Assembly (NCBI GenBank): GCA_963844715.1 | Contig: CAWJPJ010000008.1 | Coordinates: 256,001 to 320,000, forward strand | Length of the DNA stretch: 64,000 nt | Source of the DNA: an uncultured Phycisphaerales bacterium | Lineage (GTDB): Bacteria > Planctomycetota > Phycisphaerae > Tepidisphaerales > Tepidisphaeraceae | Reading direction: 5' to 3' | Part shown: in pieces, positions 29,768 to 40,212 of the stretch | Position numbering within the stretch: position 1 is the stretch's first letter | Layout: each line of letters begins with the position of its first letter | Translations under genes and position numbers: made by a program | Notes under the pieces: model-generated | The model's database searches: none | What the model was told of the DNA's origin: nothing | What the model saw: the letters and a program-made list of their open reading frames with translations, nothing else

Positions 29768-32701
29768 TCATTTCAGCTTCGCCAGTTCGGCTTCGGCCGC
29801 GGCTAGTTGGTCTTGGGTTTGTTTGACCAGGTGCGGCGGGGCTTTGGCTGTGTAGGATTCGTTGGCGAGGCGGGCTTTTAGGGTTTGGATGGTTTTCGTC
29901 AACTCTTCGCGGCGCTTGGCGGTTCGCTCTTCTTCGGCGCCTTTTTCGATTAGTGATCTCATGAAGATGTCGCAGCGGCCGGCTCGGGTGGATATCAGGG
30001 CGGCGTTGGATTGCTTTAGTTCCGCGTGTGTTTTGATTGCGCAGACGGCCAAGTTTTCGATCAGGGGGATCGCGTCTTGAGAGAGGGAGTCGGAGTCGTT
30101 CACGGGGACGATCGCGGCGTCGACGCTCTTTTTGGCGTCGATCTGTTGGGCGTTTTTCATTTCGCGGATGGTGGAGATGATTTCCTGGAGACGAGCGAAG
30201 GGTTCGAGAGATTCCTGGTCGATTTGGCCGGGTTTGGGCCAGGGGGCGCGGATGAGGCGGTGGCCGGGTTTGTAATCGGGGGCGGGGCGGGTTTCGTTGA
30301 GGCGGCTCCAGATTACCTCGGTGATGAAAGGGATCATGGGGTGCATGAGGCGGAGGGAGCCGTCGAGGATTGTGGCGAGGATGTTTGAGGTCTGGCCGGC
30401 GGCGGCGGGATCCTTTAGCGCGGGCTTGGCGGCTTCTACGTACCAGTCGCAGAAGTCGCCGTAGAAGAAGTCGTAACAGATTTTGGCGTATTGGTCGAAA
30501 CGATAAATTTCCAGGGCGGCGTTGGATTCCTGGACGGCGCGATTGAAGCGGGAGACGATCCAGCGGTCGGCCAGGGTCCATTTGGTCGGGTCGGGATTTT
30601 CGGGGGGGATTTTTTCCAGGTTGGGGATGACGAAGAAGTTGGCGACTTGCCAGATTTTGTTGCAGAAGCGGGAGCCGAGGTCGAATTTGTCGGAGGTGTT
30701 TCGGCCCTGGGCGTCGCGCTTGACGGGCATGCGGACGTCCTGGGTTTCTGTGGCCATGTGAGTGAGGGTGAAGCGGAGGGCGTCGGCGCCGTGGGTTTCG
30801 ATGACGTCGACGGGGTCTACGCCGTTGCCTTTGGATTTGCTCATGCGCTCGCCGTGGCCGTCGAGGATGGTGGGGTTGATGGCGACGTGGAAAAAGGGGA
30901 TTCCGAGTTCCTTTCCCCTCTCCCTGTCTTCCGATAGTTTCGGCACGAGTGGGTGAGGGGCGGTCTGCGCATTTCCGGCGGTCTGCCCCTCACCCCCACC
31001 CTCTCCCAGAGTACTGAGAGAGGGAGTAAGAGGGGGGCGGTGGCCCATGTTGTACATGCCGGTCATGACCATTCTGGCGACCCAGAGTGTGATGATGTCT
31101 CGGCCGGTGAGGAGGACGCTGGTGGGGTACCATTTTGCTAAATCCGGAGTCCGGTCGGGCCAGCCTAGTGTGCTGTGGGGCCAGAGGGCACTGGAAAACC
31201 AGGTGTCTAGGACGTCGGGGTCCTGTCGAAAGTTAAATGTTTCCTCTAAAATTCTCTCGATATCCTCGTGCCCGGGCGGAACGCACATGAAGCATTCCTT
31301 CTTTCCCTCGGTTTGCATCAGGATCGTAGGGATTTCGACACCGTTTATCGCGTGACCCTTAAGGATCCCTGATTCGCCATCGTTGTGCAAAAGAAAGTCC
31401 CTAAGGCCATATTGAGCAAAGGTGCCGCGCCACACCGGAATCCGATGGCCCCACCAGAGTTGTCTGGAGATTGGCCAGTCGCGTTTTTCGCCTAGCCAAC
31501 TTAGATACTGTTGCGCGTGGCGTTCTGGGAAGAATTTTATTGTGCCGTTGCGGACGACCTCGAGGGCGGGCTCGGCGAGGGGGGCCATTTTTACGAACCA
31601 TTGGTCGCTTAGGTAGGGTTCGACGGGGGTTTTGCTGCGGTCGCTGTGGCCTACTTGGGTTTCGTAGGGTTCTTCTTTTTCTAAGAGGCCCAGGGCCGTC
31701 AGGTCTTCGACGACTTTTTTTCTCGCGTGGTCTCGTTTCATTCCTGAATACGCGCCGGCGTTTTGGTTTAGGGTGCCGTCCGGGTTGAGGATGTTGATGA
31801 GGTCGATCTGGTCGGGTTTGTTTTGGTGGCGTTGCCAGACTGCGTAGTCGTTGGGATCGTGGGCGGGGGTGACTTTGACGACGCCGGTGCCGAATTTTGG
31901 GTCGACGAGGATGTCGTCGGCGATGATGGGGATTTTTCTTTCTGTGAGGGGGAGCTTTACGGATTTGCCTATGGCCCAGTTCCAACGCGGGTCTTCGGAA
32001 TGGACGGCGACGGCGGTGTCGCCGAGCATGGTTTCGGGGCGGGTTGTGGCGACGGTCATGAATTTGTCTGTGCCGTCGATGGGGTAGCGGATGTGCCAGA
32101 GGCTGGTCTTTACCGTTTCATGGTAAATCTCGTCGTCGGAGATCGAAGTTTGTAAGTGCACGTCCCAATTGACGAGGCGTTTGCCTCGGTAGATTAGGCC
32201 GTCTTTGAAGAGTTTGAAGAAGGTTTCTCTAACGGCTTTGGCGAGTTGGTCGTCTAGGGTGAATCTTGTGCGGGACCAGTCGCAGGAGCAGCCGAGGCGT
32301 TTGAGTTGTTCCAGGATTCGGTCGCCGTATTGTTGTTTCCAGGTCCAGATTCTTTCGACGAGGGCTTCGCGGCCGACGTCGTGGCGGGTTTTGTTTTCTT
32401 TTTCCTTTAGCTGCTTTTCTACGACGGCTTGTGTGGCGATGCCGGCGTGATCGATGCCGGGGATCCAGACGGTGTTGAATCCGCGCATGCGGTGGACGCG
32501 GGTGAGGATGTCCTGGAGGGTGTTGTTGATGGCGTGGCCGAGGTGAAGGGCGCCGGTGACGTTGGGGGGAGGGATGACGATGCTGTAGGGGGAGCCGGGG
32601 GCGTTGGGGTCGGCGGTGAAGCAGTTTTCGTCCAGCCAGATTTTGTAGATCGGGGCTTCTATGCTGGCGGGGTCGTAGGTTTTGGAGATGGGGGCGGTCA
32701 T
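29768..32701 (-). CDS. valS: Valine-tRNA ligase with an in-frame palindromic-repeat insertion
   Basis: PPPNVTGALHLGHA, DHAGIATQ, TTRPETMLGD, SRQLWWGHRIP, DVLDTWFSS, RMSKSKGN. Confidence 0.97.
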   Translation of the reverse strand: MTAPISKTYDPASIEAPIYKIWLDENCFTADPNAPGSPYSIVIPPPNVTGALHLGHAINNTLQDILTRVHRMRGFNTVWIPGIDHAGIATQAVVEKQLKEKENKTRHDVGREALVERIWTWKQQYGDRILEQLKRLGCSCDWSRTRFTLDDQLAKAVRETFFKLFKDGLIYRGKRLVNWDVHLQTSISDDEIYHETVKTSLWHIRYPIDGTDKFMTVATTRPETMLGDTAVAVHSEDPRWNWAIGKSVKLPLTERKIPIIADDILVDPKFGTGVVKVTPAHDPNDYAVWQRHQNKPDQIDLINILNPDGTLNQNAGAYSGMKRDHARKKVVEDLTALGLLEKEEPYETQVGHSDRSKTPVEPYLSDQWFVKMAPLAEPALEVVRNGTIKFFPERHAQQYLSWLGEKRDWPISRQLWWGHRIPVWRGTFAQYGLRDFLLHNDGESGILKGHAINGVEIPTILMQTEGKKECFMCVPPGHEDIERILEETFNFRQDPDVLDTWFSSALWPHSTLGWPDRTPDLAKWYPTSVLLTGRDIITLWVARMVMTGMYNMGHRPPLTPSLSTLGEGGGEGQTAGNAQTAPHPLVPKLSEDRERGKELGIPFFHVAINPTILDGHGERMSKSKGNGVDPVDVIETHGADALRFTLTHMATETQDVRMPVKRDAQGRNTSDKFDLGSRFCNKIWQVANFFVIPNLEKIPPENPDPTKWTLADRWIVSRFNRAVQESNAALEIYRFDQYAKICYDFFYGDFCDWYVEAAKPALKDPAAAGQTSNILATILDGSLRLMHPMIPFITEVIWSRLNETRPAPDYKPGHRLIRAPWPKPGQIDQESLEPFARLQEIISTIREMKNAQQIDAKKSVDAAIVPVNDSDSLSQDAIPLIENLAVCAIKTHAELKQSNAALISTRAGRCDIFMRSLIEKGAEEERTAKRREELTKTIQTLKARLANESYTAKAPPHLVKQTQDQLAAAEAELAKLK

Positions 32702-32734
32702 GGGTTCGTAAATGTTACTGGATAACTATGGGTG

Positions 32735-32912
32735 AAAACCAGAAACCGGAAACCCGAATGAAGAATCAGGCGAAAACCCGAAGCCCGAAACCAGAATGAC
32801 GAATCAAATCCGAATGACTGAATGACCGAATGGGCTATCGGCGGGGCGAATGCTATGGGTCATTCGGGAATTCGGGTTTGATTCTGGTTTCGGGTTTCGT
32901 CATTCGGATTTA
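32735..32912. repeat. Heptamer-array inverted repeat (large imperfect hairpin) between the DHH gene and valS
   Basis: cccgaaaccagaatgacgaatcaaatccgaatgac versus gtcattcgggaattcgggtttgattctggtttcgggtttcgtcattcggattt. Confidence 0.85.
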
Positions 32913-34099
32913 GGTATTAGGCGTTTGCCTACGGTTTGTCTTATTCCCAACGCCTTGAGGTATCGCCGGCGCAATACGGTGCGCTTTCGTTCGATTTCTG
33001 TCGGGGAATTGGTTTCGAGGGGGATGAAGCCTCCGGCTTTGGTGCGGTGGCCGCCGCCTTCGCCGGCGCCTCTTAGGAGGCGTCTGATCATGTCGGCGGC
33101 GGAGAGTTTGCTGCTGCTGGTGCGGAGGCTGAGGACGAGGCGGTTCTCGTAGGCGGCGGTGACCAGGGCCCAGTGGATGGGCTCGAAACGTAGGAGAAAG
33201 TCGGCGATGAGGGCGGGCTTTTCTGGGGTGTCGATGGTGTCTAGGTGGGAGATGATGGCGTCGTCGTAATAGAAGGCGTTGGACAGGCCGCTGAAATAGC
33301 TGGTGTAGTAGGACTGGGGGAGGTCGACGTAGCGCATCTGGTAGAGTTTTCTGGGATTGGCCAGGAGGGTGAGGCTGGAGAGGGCGATGTTGTCGAGTTC
33401 GCCGGGTTGGCCGGCGGCGCCGGCGAGGTCGGACTCGACGCCGTAGAGAAGCGTGGCGGCCAGTTCGGGGGAGATGGACTGCTCGACCTCCATGAAATAG
33501 CTGAAGATGATCGAGCTGGTGGCGCCAACATCCGTGCGGATATCGCAGAAGGGGCAGTGGGGGCGTTTGCGGTTGCGATGATGGTCGATGACGGCGAGGG
33601 GAGGAAGATCGGCGGGGAGGGGGTTGTAGGAGAACATCGGCTGCACGTCGGTGAGGATGTGGGCGTCATAATCGCGCAGGGCGGAATCGTTCCAGGGTTT
33701 GAGATCGAGGTTGCTGTTTTTGACGAAGGCTTCGTTGACTCCGCCGCCGACTTCGCCCTTGATGGACATGTCAACCGTGGCGTGGGGGAGGCGGGCTTCG
33801 AGAAGCGTTCGCAAGGCCCAGGCGCTGGCCAGGGCGTCGGGGTCGGGATAGATGTGCGTGGTGACGAGGATGTTTTTTTTGTCCTGGAGAAGTTTGAGGA
33901 GCTTGCCGAAGCGGGGTCGGTGGCGGGCCTGGCGCTCGGCGGCGACGGCGGAACCGACAGCGGTTTCGACGCAGGCTTCGACGAAGGCGGTGGGTTGTTG
34001 GGAATCTTCTGATAACGATGCGATTTCTGAATCGGTGGGATCGGGATTGGGTTCGGGTGACGAGGGGGGCGGCTGAGGGTTTTGGGTGGTGCGCGACAT
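32900..34099 (-). CDS. DHH family phosphoesterase (NrnA-like)
   Basis: HIYPDPDA, TDVQP, IDHH, GATSSI, ESD, SLRT, GGGHRTKAGG; start approximate. Confidence 0.9.
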   Translation of the reverse strand: MSRTTQNPQPPPSSPEPNPDPTDSEIASLSEDSQQPTAFVEACVETAVGSAVAAERQARHRPRFGKLLKLLQDKKNILVTTHIYPDPDALASAWALRTLLEARLPHATVDMSIKGEVGGGVNEAFVKNSNLDLKPWNDSALRDYDAHILTDVQPMFSYNPLPADLPPLAVIDHHRNRKRPHCPFCDIRTDVGATSSIIFSYFMEVEQSISPELAATLLYGVESDLAGAAGQPGELDNIALSSLTLLANPRKLYQMRYVDLPQSYYTSYFSGLSNAFYYDDAIISHLDTIDTPEKPALIADFLLRFEPIHWALVTAAYENRLVLSLRTSSSKLSAADMIRRLLRGAGEGGGHRTKAGGFIPLETNSPTEIERKRTVLRRRYLKALGIRQTVGKRLIPKSE

Positions 34100-34227
34100 T
34101 TGAATTATTTGCCTGGGTAATGATAGCACTTTGATGGGAGGACGGGGAATTGGGGGTTGGGTGGGGGGGATAAGTCGTTCGATTTGAGGCTCGCGGAATA
34201 TGTGACGTAAATGCGTTGATGGGGAGT

Positions 34228-34440
34228 TGGGTCGGGGGAGGTTTTGGTGCCGAGGGGATGCGCGGGCTCGAATGCGAGAATGCGCGGCCGATTCGATAGG
34301 TGCTGGCTGGCCTGGTGGGGGAGGGGTGGGCATTTTCGCGAGGAGAGACGAGAGAGTCGCCGCCTGGGGCGGCAGGTGTGAAAGGAATTTCGAGCTACGG
34401 GCTCGACCTCAATCGTCCTTCACGCCGCCTTGTCCGACCT
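34228..34440 (-). other. Repeated structured non-coding element, copy A (candidate ncRNA or MITE)
   Basis: Homologous to 57181-57373; first 112 bp duplicated at 34632-34743; conserved hairpin stems with variable loops. Confidence 0.6.
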
Positions 34441-34631
34441 CGGTGGGGGTATGTCGGAACACATTGCTCGTGGTTCATCCGGTGACACGGGGTACGTCCG
34501 CGATCGGGGGGTACGATGTGATCGCTTTGGGTTTGATCGGGCGGATCGAGCAGATGCGGGAGTCTTCGGCAGCGTAGTTAATACATTTTAAGGTTCGCGG
34601 AATCTCCGACGTAAATTAATCGACGCGGGGA

Positions 34632-34743
34632 TGGGTCGGGGGAGGTTTTGGTGCTGAGGGGATGCGCGGGCTCGAATGTGAGAATGCGCGGCCGATTCGA
34701 TAGGTGCTGGCTGGCCTGGTGGGGGAGGGGTGGGCATTTTCGC
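34632..34743. repeat. 112-bp direct repeat of 34228-34339
   Basis: 110/112 identical by manual alignment. Confidence 0.92.
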
Positions 34744-34835
34744 AGGGGGGGTGGAATCGCGGTGCTGCGCACCGCCGCTAAATTGGGGAGGGGGGCGCGG
34801 GGAACGATTCGGGCGGGGCTGGTTGGTTCACGAAT

Positions 34836-35155
34836 TCAGTCGTCGGTGATTCCTAGAGCGAAGAGGAGGGCTGGGGCGAGCGGTCGCATTTTTTGCTGGG
34901 GGAGGGTGGTGATGAGGGGTCCGATTCGTCCGCGCGAGACGGTTTGGATGTGATCGAGATTGACGGCGCAATGCGCGGCATGCCGTCGGCGGGAGTGAGG
35001 GGGACTTCGGAGGGGATGTCGCGCACGGTGGTCGTGATGGGGGCGACGGTGACTTCGCCGAGGAATTCGAGGGCGGAGTCGCGGGTGAGGATCAAGACGG
35101 GGCGGCGTTTGTCGGGGCGGGGGAATTTGTACCATCGAACTTCGCCGCGCTTCAC
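34836..35155 (-). CDS. PemK/MazF family toxin (frameshift near 34970)
   Basis: MKRGEVRW..DKRRPVLIL..VTVAPIT; continues CAVNLDHIQTVSRGRIG..ALLFALG. Confidence 0.88.
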
Positions 35156-35385
35156 GGCTCACCCCAGGCCTGCTGGGATTCCCAGCCGGAGAATTCGCCT
35201 TTGCGAGGCGGCTTCTTTTTGTAGCCGGCGCGGTGTTTTGCCTCGAGTTCGCGAAGTTTGAGGCGGGTCATGGCGGTGCGCAGGGCGTCGCGCGTGAAGG
35301 CGGATCGGGTGGTGCCGAGTTTTTCGGCAGCGGCATCCACCTCCGCGACGAGCTGATTGTCCAGGGTCATCTGAACGGTCTTCAT
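35152..35385 (-). CDS. Ribbon-helix-helix (CopG/MazE-like) antitoxin
   Basis: MKTVQMTLDNQLVAEVD..TRSAFTRDAL; overlaps the toxin start. Confidence 0.88.
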   Translation of the reverse strand: MKTVQMTLDNQLVAEVDAAAEKLGTTRSAFTRDALRTAMTRLKLRELEAKHRAGYKKKPPRKGEFSGWESQQAWGEP

Positions 35386-35487
35386 AGTTATAATTATAGC
35401 TATAGATATAGTGGCTTCAATCCACATTGATCGGCGAATTTCGGCCAAGTGATTAGGCGATTGCTGGGGCGAGGGGGAATGCCGCGG

Positions 35488-36168
35488 CTAGTGGCGGATG
35501 AGTTGCTGTCGGAGGGAGGCGATGGCGGCTTGGCGGTTGGGGTGGTCGAAGATGGCGCTGGCGACGACGAACCAGTCGATGCCGGCGCTGGCGGCGTGGG
35601 CGATGGTTTCGGGGTTGATGCCGCCGTCGATTTCCAATCGTTGGTTGGGTCTGAGGCGTTTTTTTACGGTTTCGGCTTTGGGGAGGACCTCGGGCATGAA
35701 TTTTTGGCCGGAGAAGCCGGGGACTACGCTCATGATGAGGACGTGATCGACTTCCTCGATGGCGGGGAGAATGTCTTCGACGGGCGTCGCGGGGTTTAGC
35801 GTGATGCCTACGTGTTTGCAGCCCAGGTTTCTGAGTTCCCTGGCGGTGGATTTTACGTCGGTGACGACTTCGCAGTGGAAGGTGAGGGCGTCGGCGCCGG
35901 CTTTGAGGAAGCCGGGGGCGTAGCGGACCGGTTCGGAGATCATCAGGTGGATGTCGAGGTAAGCGGGGGTGACGCGGCGGGTGGCGGCGGTGATGGCGGG
36001 GCCGAAGCTGATGTTGGGGACGAAGTGGCCGTCCATGATGTCGAGGTGGAGGAAGTCGACGCCGCCGCGGTCGACGTCGGTTATTTCGGAGGCTAGTTTT
36101 GAAAAGTCGGCGGAGAGAATCGACGCGGCGATTTGGGGAGTTGAGAGCTGGAAGGGATTATTGGTCAT
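35488..36168 (-). CDS. rpe: Ribulose-phosphate 3-epimerase
   Basis: [46 protein letters not shown]. Confidence 0.96.
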   Translation of the reverse strand: MTNNPFQLSTPQIAASILSADFSKLASEITDVDRGGVDFLHLDIMDGHFVPNISFGPAITAATRRVTPAYLDIHLMISEPVRYAPGFLKAGADALTFHCEVVTDVKSTARELRNLGCKHVGITLNPATPVEDILPAIEEVDHVLIMSVVPGFSGQKFMPEVLPKAETVKKRLRPNQRLEIDGGINPETIAHAASAGIDWFVVASAIFDHPNRQAAIASLRQQLIRH

Positions 36169-36171
36169 GAA

Positions 36172-36244
36172 TAGTTGCCAGTTGCCAGTTGCCAGTTGCC
36201 AGTGGGTGCCTTCTACTGGGCAACTGGCAACTAATAGCTGGCAA
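36172..36244. repeat. AGTTGCC heptamer array plus inverted copy (hairpin) between pgk and rpe
   Basis: tagttgccagttgccagttgccagttgccagt ... actgggcaactggcaacta. Confidence 0.88.
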
Positions 36245-36263
36245 TTATTTTTATTTTCAATTG

Positions 36264-37452
<1,189 letters not shown>

Positions 37453-37514
37453 GAATGTCTCCTTGATGTCGGGGATGCTACGACGGAGGAGAGGGAGGTC
37501 AAGATGAAGGAGAT

Positions 37515-37616
37515 AGGCACTGAGGCACGTAGGCACGAAGGGAGATGCAAATGCGGCTTGCCTTCACTTCGTGCCTTCGTGCCTATGTGCCTTCGTGTCT
37601 ATGTGCCTTCGTGCCT
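37515..37616. repeat. AGGCACGA octamer array plus inverted copy (hairpin) between divergent pgk and hisI
   Basis: aggcactgaggcacgtaggcacgaag ... cttcgtgccttcgtgcctatgtgccttcgtgtctatgtgccttcgtgcct. Confidence 0.88.
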
Positions 37617-37664
37617 TTCCTTCACCCGTTTGACAAACTGGGGGCGGGCATCAAAACTTCCCTT

Positions 37665-38055
37665 ATGGATTCTCAATTGGAAGGGCTTAAATTCGATGCC
37701 AGCGGATTGATACCGGCGATTATTCAGGATGCGCGGTACGGGGGAGGTTCTGATGATGGCTTGGATGAATCGGGCGGCTCTGGAGCAGACGGTGCGGACG
37801 GGGCAGACGCATTTTTTCAGCCGGAGCAGGAACAAACAGTGGCTGAAGGGGGAAAGCAGCGGGCACGTGCAGAATGTGAAGTCGATCGCGACGGATTGCG
37901 ACAAGGACGTGCTGCTGGTTCGAGTGGAGCAGGTCGGGGCGGCGTGCCATGAGGGGTATTACAGTTGCTTCTTCCGCCAACACCAGGCGGGGGGAAAAGA
38001 TTGGAAAATCGTCGGCGAGAAAAAGTTCGACCCCGAGACGGTCTACAAAAAGTAA
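37665..38055 (+). CDS. hisI: Phosphoribosyl-AMP cyclohydrolase (frameshift near 37735)
   Basis: KFDASGLIPAIIQDA; VLMMAWMN, FSRSR, KGESSGHVQ, DCDKD, AACHEGYYSCF. Confidence 0.93.
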
Positions 38056-38102
38056 CGCGTCCCAAGGGAGAACCGGCCAGGAACGACCCACTGGGGCGTC
38101 TG

Positions 38103-39287
38103 GTGGCTAATTGGGCGTTCCCGGTCTACATGGGATTGATGCTGCTGGGATTTTATTTGATCCGGCAGAATGGATTCCTGACCGGGACGCGCAGCGGGGT
38201 ACGCGCGCTCTTCTTCGCCATCAACGCGGGAACGCTGACGGGGTATGAGCAAAATCCCGGCGTGGGGGGGCTGGCGTTTTTTGGGCAGGTTGTGGTGCTG
38301 GTGCTGATGATCGTGGGGACGCTGTTCACGACGATCGTGGGGGGGCTGGCGGTGAAGCGGATCATTCGGTCGCGGTTCAGCGATGATCAGGTGATTTATG
38401 CGGCGGTGATTGCGCTGGCGGCGGCGGTGATTTTGGGGACGCCGGGGCTGGTGACGGGGGACCGATCGGCGGGGGAGGCGTGGTTTCGCGGGTGTTTTCT
38501 GGCGACGAGCGCGTATGGGAATTGCGGGCTGTTTCTGGGGGCGCTGCCGGATCGGATGAGTTGGATGACGCACGGGGTTTTGCTGCCGCTGACGGCGCTG
38601 GGGGGATTGGGGATTCCGGTGCTGATGGAGATGGCTTGCGCGGTCGGGCGCAGGGGGGCGATGTCGAAACATTCGCGGGATGTGCTGATTTCTTCCGCGT
38701 GGCTGTATGTGATCGGGTTTGGGGTGCTATGGGGATTGAATCTGGCTTCGGCGCGCAGTACGCCGACTGCGGAGTCGGAAATTCAGGCGGCGACTTCGAG
38801 CAGCATTTTTGCGATCGAGTCGCGGTCGGGAGGATTACCGATCGTGCCGGTGCATGATCTTTCGCAGAGCGCGCAGTGGGCGCTGGTCGTTTTGATGATG
38901 GTCGGGGCGAGCCCGGGAGGGACCGGGGGCGGGCTGAAGACGACGACGGTGCTGGAATTATGGAGAGGAACGCGGCGGCTGTTGGCGGGAGAGCCGGCGG
39001 GCAGAGCGTTTGGCGTGGCGGTGATGTGGGTGGGGATTTATGCGGGGATTGTGATTGGGGGGGCGATGCTGCTTTCGTTCATCAATCCTGCGGCGGCGTT
39101 TGATGGGACGCTGATGAACGCGGTGAGCGGGGCGAGTAATGTGGGGTTTACGCTTTCGGGCGTGCCGGATGCGCAGAATATTATGTATGCGCACTGCGCG
39201 ATCATGCTGCTGGGGCGGATGGTGCCGGTGATGATTTTGTGGTGGGTGGCGGACACGATGCCGGAGGTTGAAGTGGCCGTCGGGTAG
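38103..39287 (+). CDS. TrkH/KtrB-like potassium transporter membrane subunit
   Basis: Multi-TM; SAYGNCG, LGGLG, MMVGASPGGTGGGLKTTT, SNVGFT, MLLGR; start uncertain. Confidence 0.82.
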   Translation: MANWAFPVYMGLMLLGFYLIRQNGFLTGTRSGVRALFFAINAGTLTGYEQNPGVGGLAFFGQVVVLVLMIVGTLFTTIVGGLAVKRIIRSRFSDDQVIYAAVIALAAAVILGTPGLVTGDRSAGEAWFRGCFLATSAYGNCGLFLGALPDRMSWMTHGVLLPLTALGGLGIPVLMEMACAVGRRGAMSKHSRDVLISSAWLYVIGFGVLWGLNLASARSTPTAESEIQAATSSSIFAIESRSGGLPIVPVHDLSQSAQWALVVLMMVGASPGGTGGGLKTTTVLELWRGTRRLLAGEPAGRAFGVAVMWVGIYAGIVIGGAMLLSFINPAAAFDGTLMNAVSGASNVGFTLSGVPDAQNIMYAHCAIMLLGRMVPVMILWWVADTMPEVEVAVG

Positions 39288-39294
39288 AGGCGCG

Positions 39295-39380
39295 GGAAAT
39301 CCTGAAATCCGAAACCCGAAACCAGAATGACGAATCAATGACGGAATGACCGAATGAGCGAAGGGTCGTTCGTCATTCGG
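39295..39380. repeat. CCGAAAC/GAATGAC heptamer element with short inverted arm overlapping the queD stop
   Basis: gaaatccgaaacccgaaaccagaatgacgaatcaatgacggaatgaccgaatg..ttcgtcattcgg. Confidence 0.82.
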
Positions 39381-40155
39381 AGTATTCGCACCACGTCTTG
39401 CTCGTTTCCCAGACTGTGACGGCGGCTAGTTTGGCGCCGGATTTTTCGACGGGGTTTTTAAGCAGCCGGTAGATGACCATCGCTATGTTTTCGACCGAAG
39501 GGATTAATTCTCGGAATTGGGGTAGCTCTGTGTTTAGGTTTTTGTGATCGAAGGGTTCGATGATTGTGTCGGAGACGATTCGCTCGAAGTCGGGGACTTG
39601 GAGTTGAGTGGTGGCGGGGGCGGAGAGGGTGACTTCCAGGACGTAGTTGTGGCCGTGGCCGTTGGGGTTGTTGCATTTGCCGAAGAGGCGGCGGTTTTCT
39701 TCTTCGCTGAGCTGGGGGTTGTGGAGGCGATGGGAGGCGGAGAATTCGAATTTCTGGCTGAGGCGGACCATGGCGGGCTCCTGGGAAAGGATCTGGTAGG
39801 AAAGATAGGGAGTCAGTCTTAGGCGCAGGGCGTGCAGATCGGTGCTCGGCCAGGCGCGGCGGATGAGTTCGTATTGGCGCGAGAGAAGCTCGGCGGGATT
39901 GCGGCGGCCGGAGCGGAGGAAATCGGCGGTTAAGGGGATGGCGCGGTGGCGGACGGCTTGGTCGATGTCTTTGATATTCAGAACGCAGCCGGATTGGGGG
40001 TCGGGGGTTCCTTCTACTGTGGCTTCGAGGGTGAAATATTGGCCCAGGCCGGTGAGAGTGGGGTAGCCGGCGAAGCTGTTGGTGGGCGGGGTGTTTAATT
40101 GGTCGTCGGGGGGGTCGTTGATGGCGAAGCGGACTTCGCGGGTTAGGCGGAACAT
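39373..40155 (-). CDS. queD: Two-domain 6-carboxytetrahydropterin / 6-pyruvoyl-tetrahydropterin synthase
   Basis: FSASHRL, CNNPNGHGHNY, FDHKNLN, SVENIA, VWET; degenerate N-terminal copy of the domain. Confidence 0.85.
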   Translation of the reverse strand: MFRLTREVRFAINDPPDDQLNTPPTNSFAGYPTLTGLGQYFTLEATVEGTPDPQSGCVLNIKDIDQAVRHRAIPLTADFLRSGRRNPAELLSRQYELIRRAWPSTDLHALRLRLTPYLSYQILSQEPAMVRLSQKFEFSASHRLHNPQLSEEENRRLFGKCNNPNGHGHNYVLEVTLSAPATTQLQVPDFERIVSDTIIEPFDHKNLNTELPQFRELIPSVENIAMVIYRLLKNPVEKSGAKLAAVTVWETSKTWCEYSE

Positions 40156-40212
40156 GGGGGGGATTATAGTCTGGGATGCGCCGCCTGAAGGCGGCCGCTA
40201 AAGTTGGTGAGG

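Noticed and set aside
34228..34743. 112-bp repeat pair as a DGR template/variable repeat
   Set aside because: Only two differences (both A/G on the minus strand), no reverse transcriptase in the window, and not at a target gene 3' end
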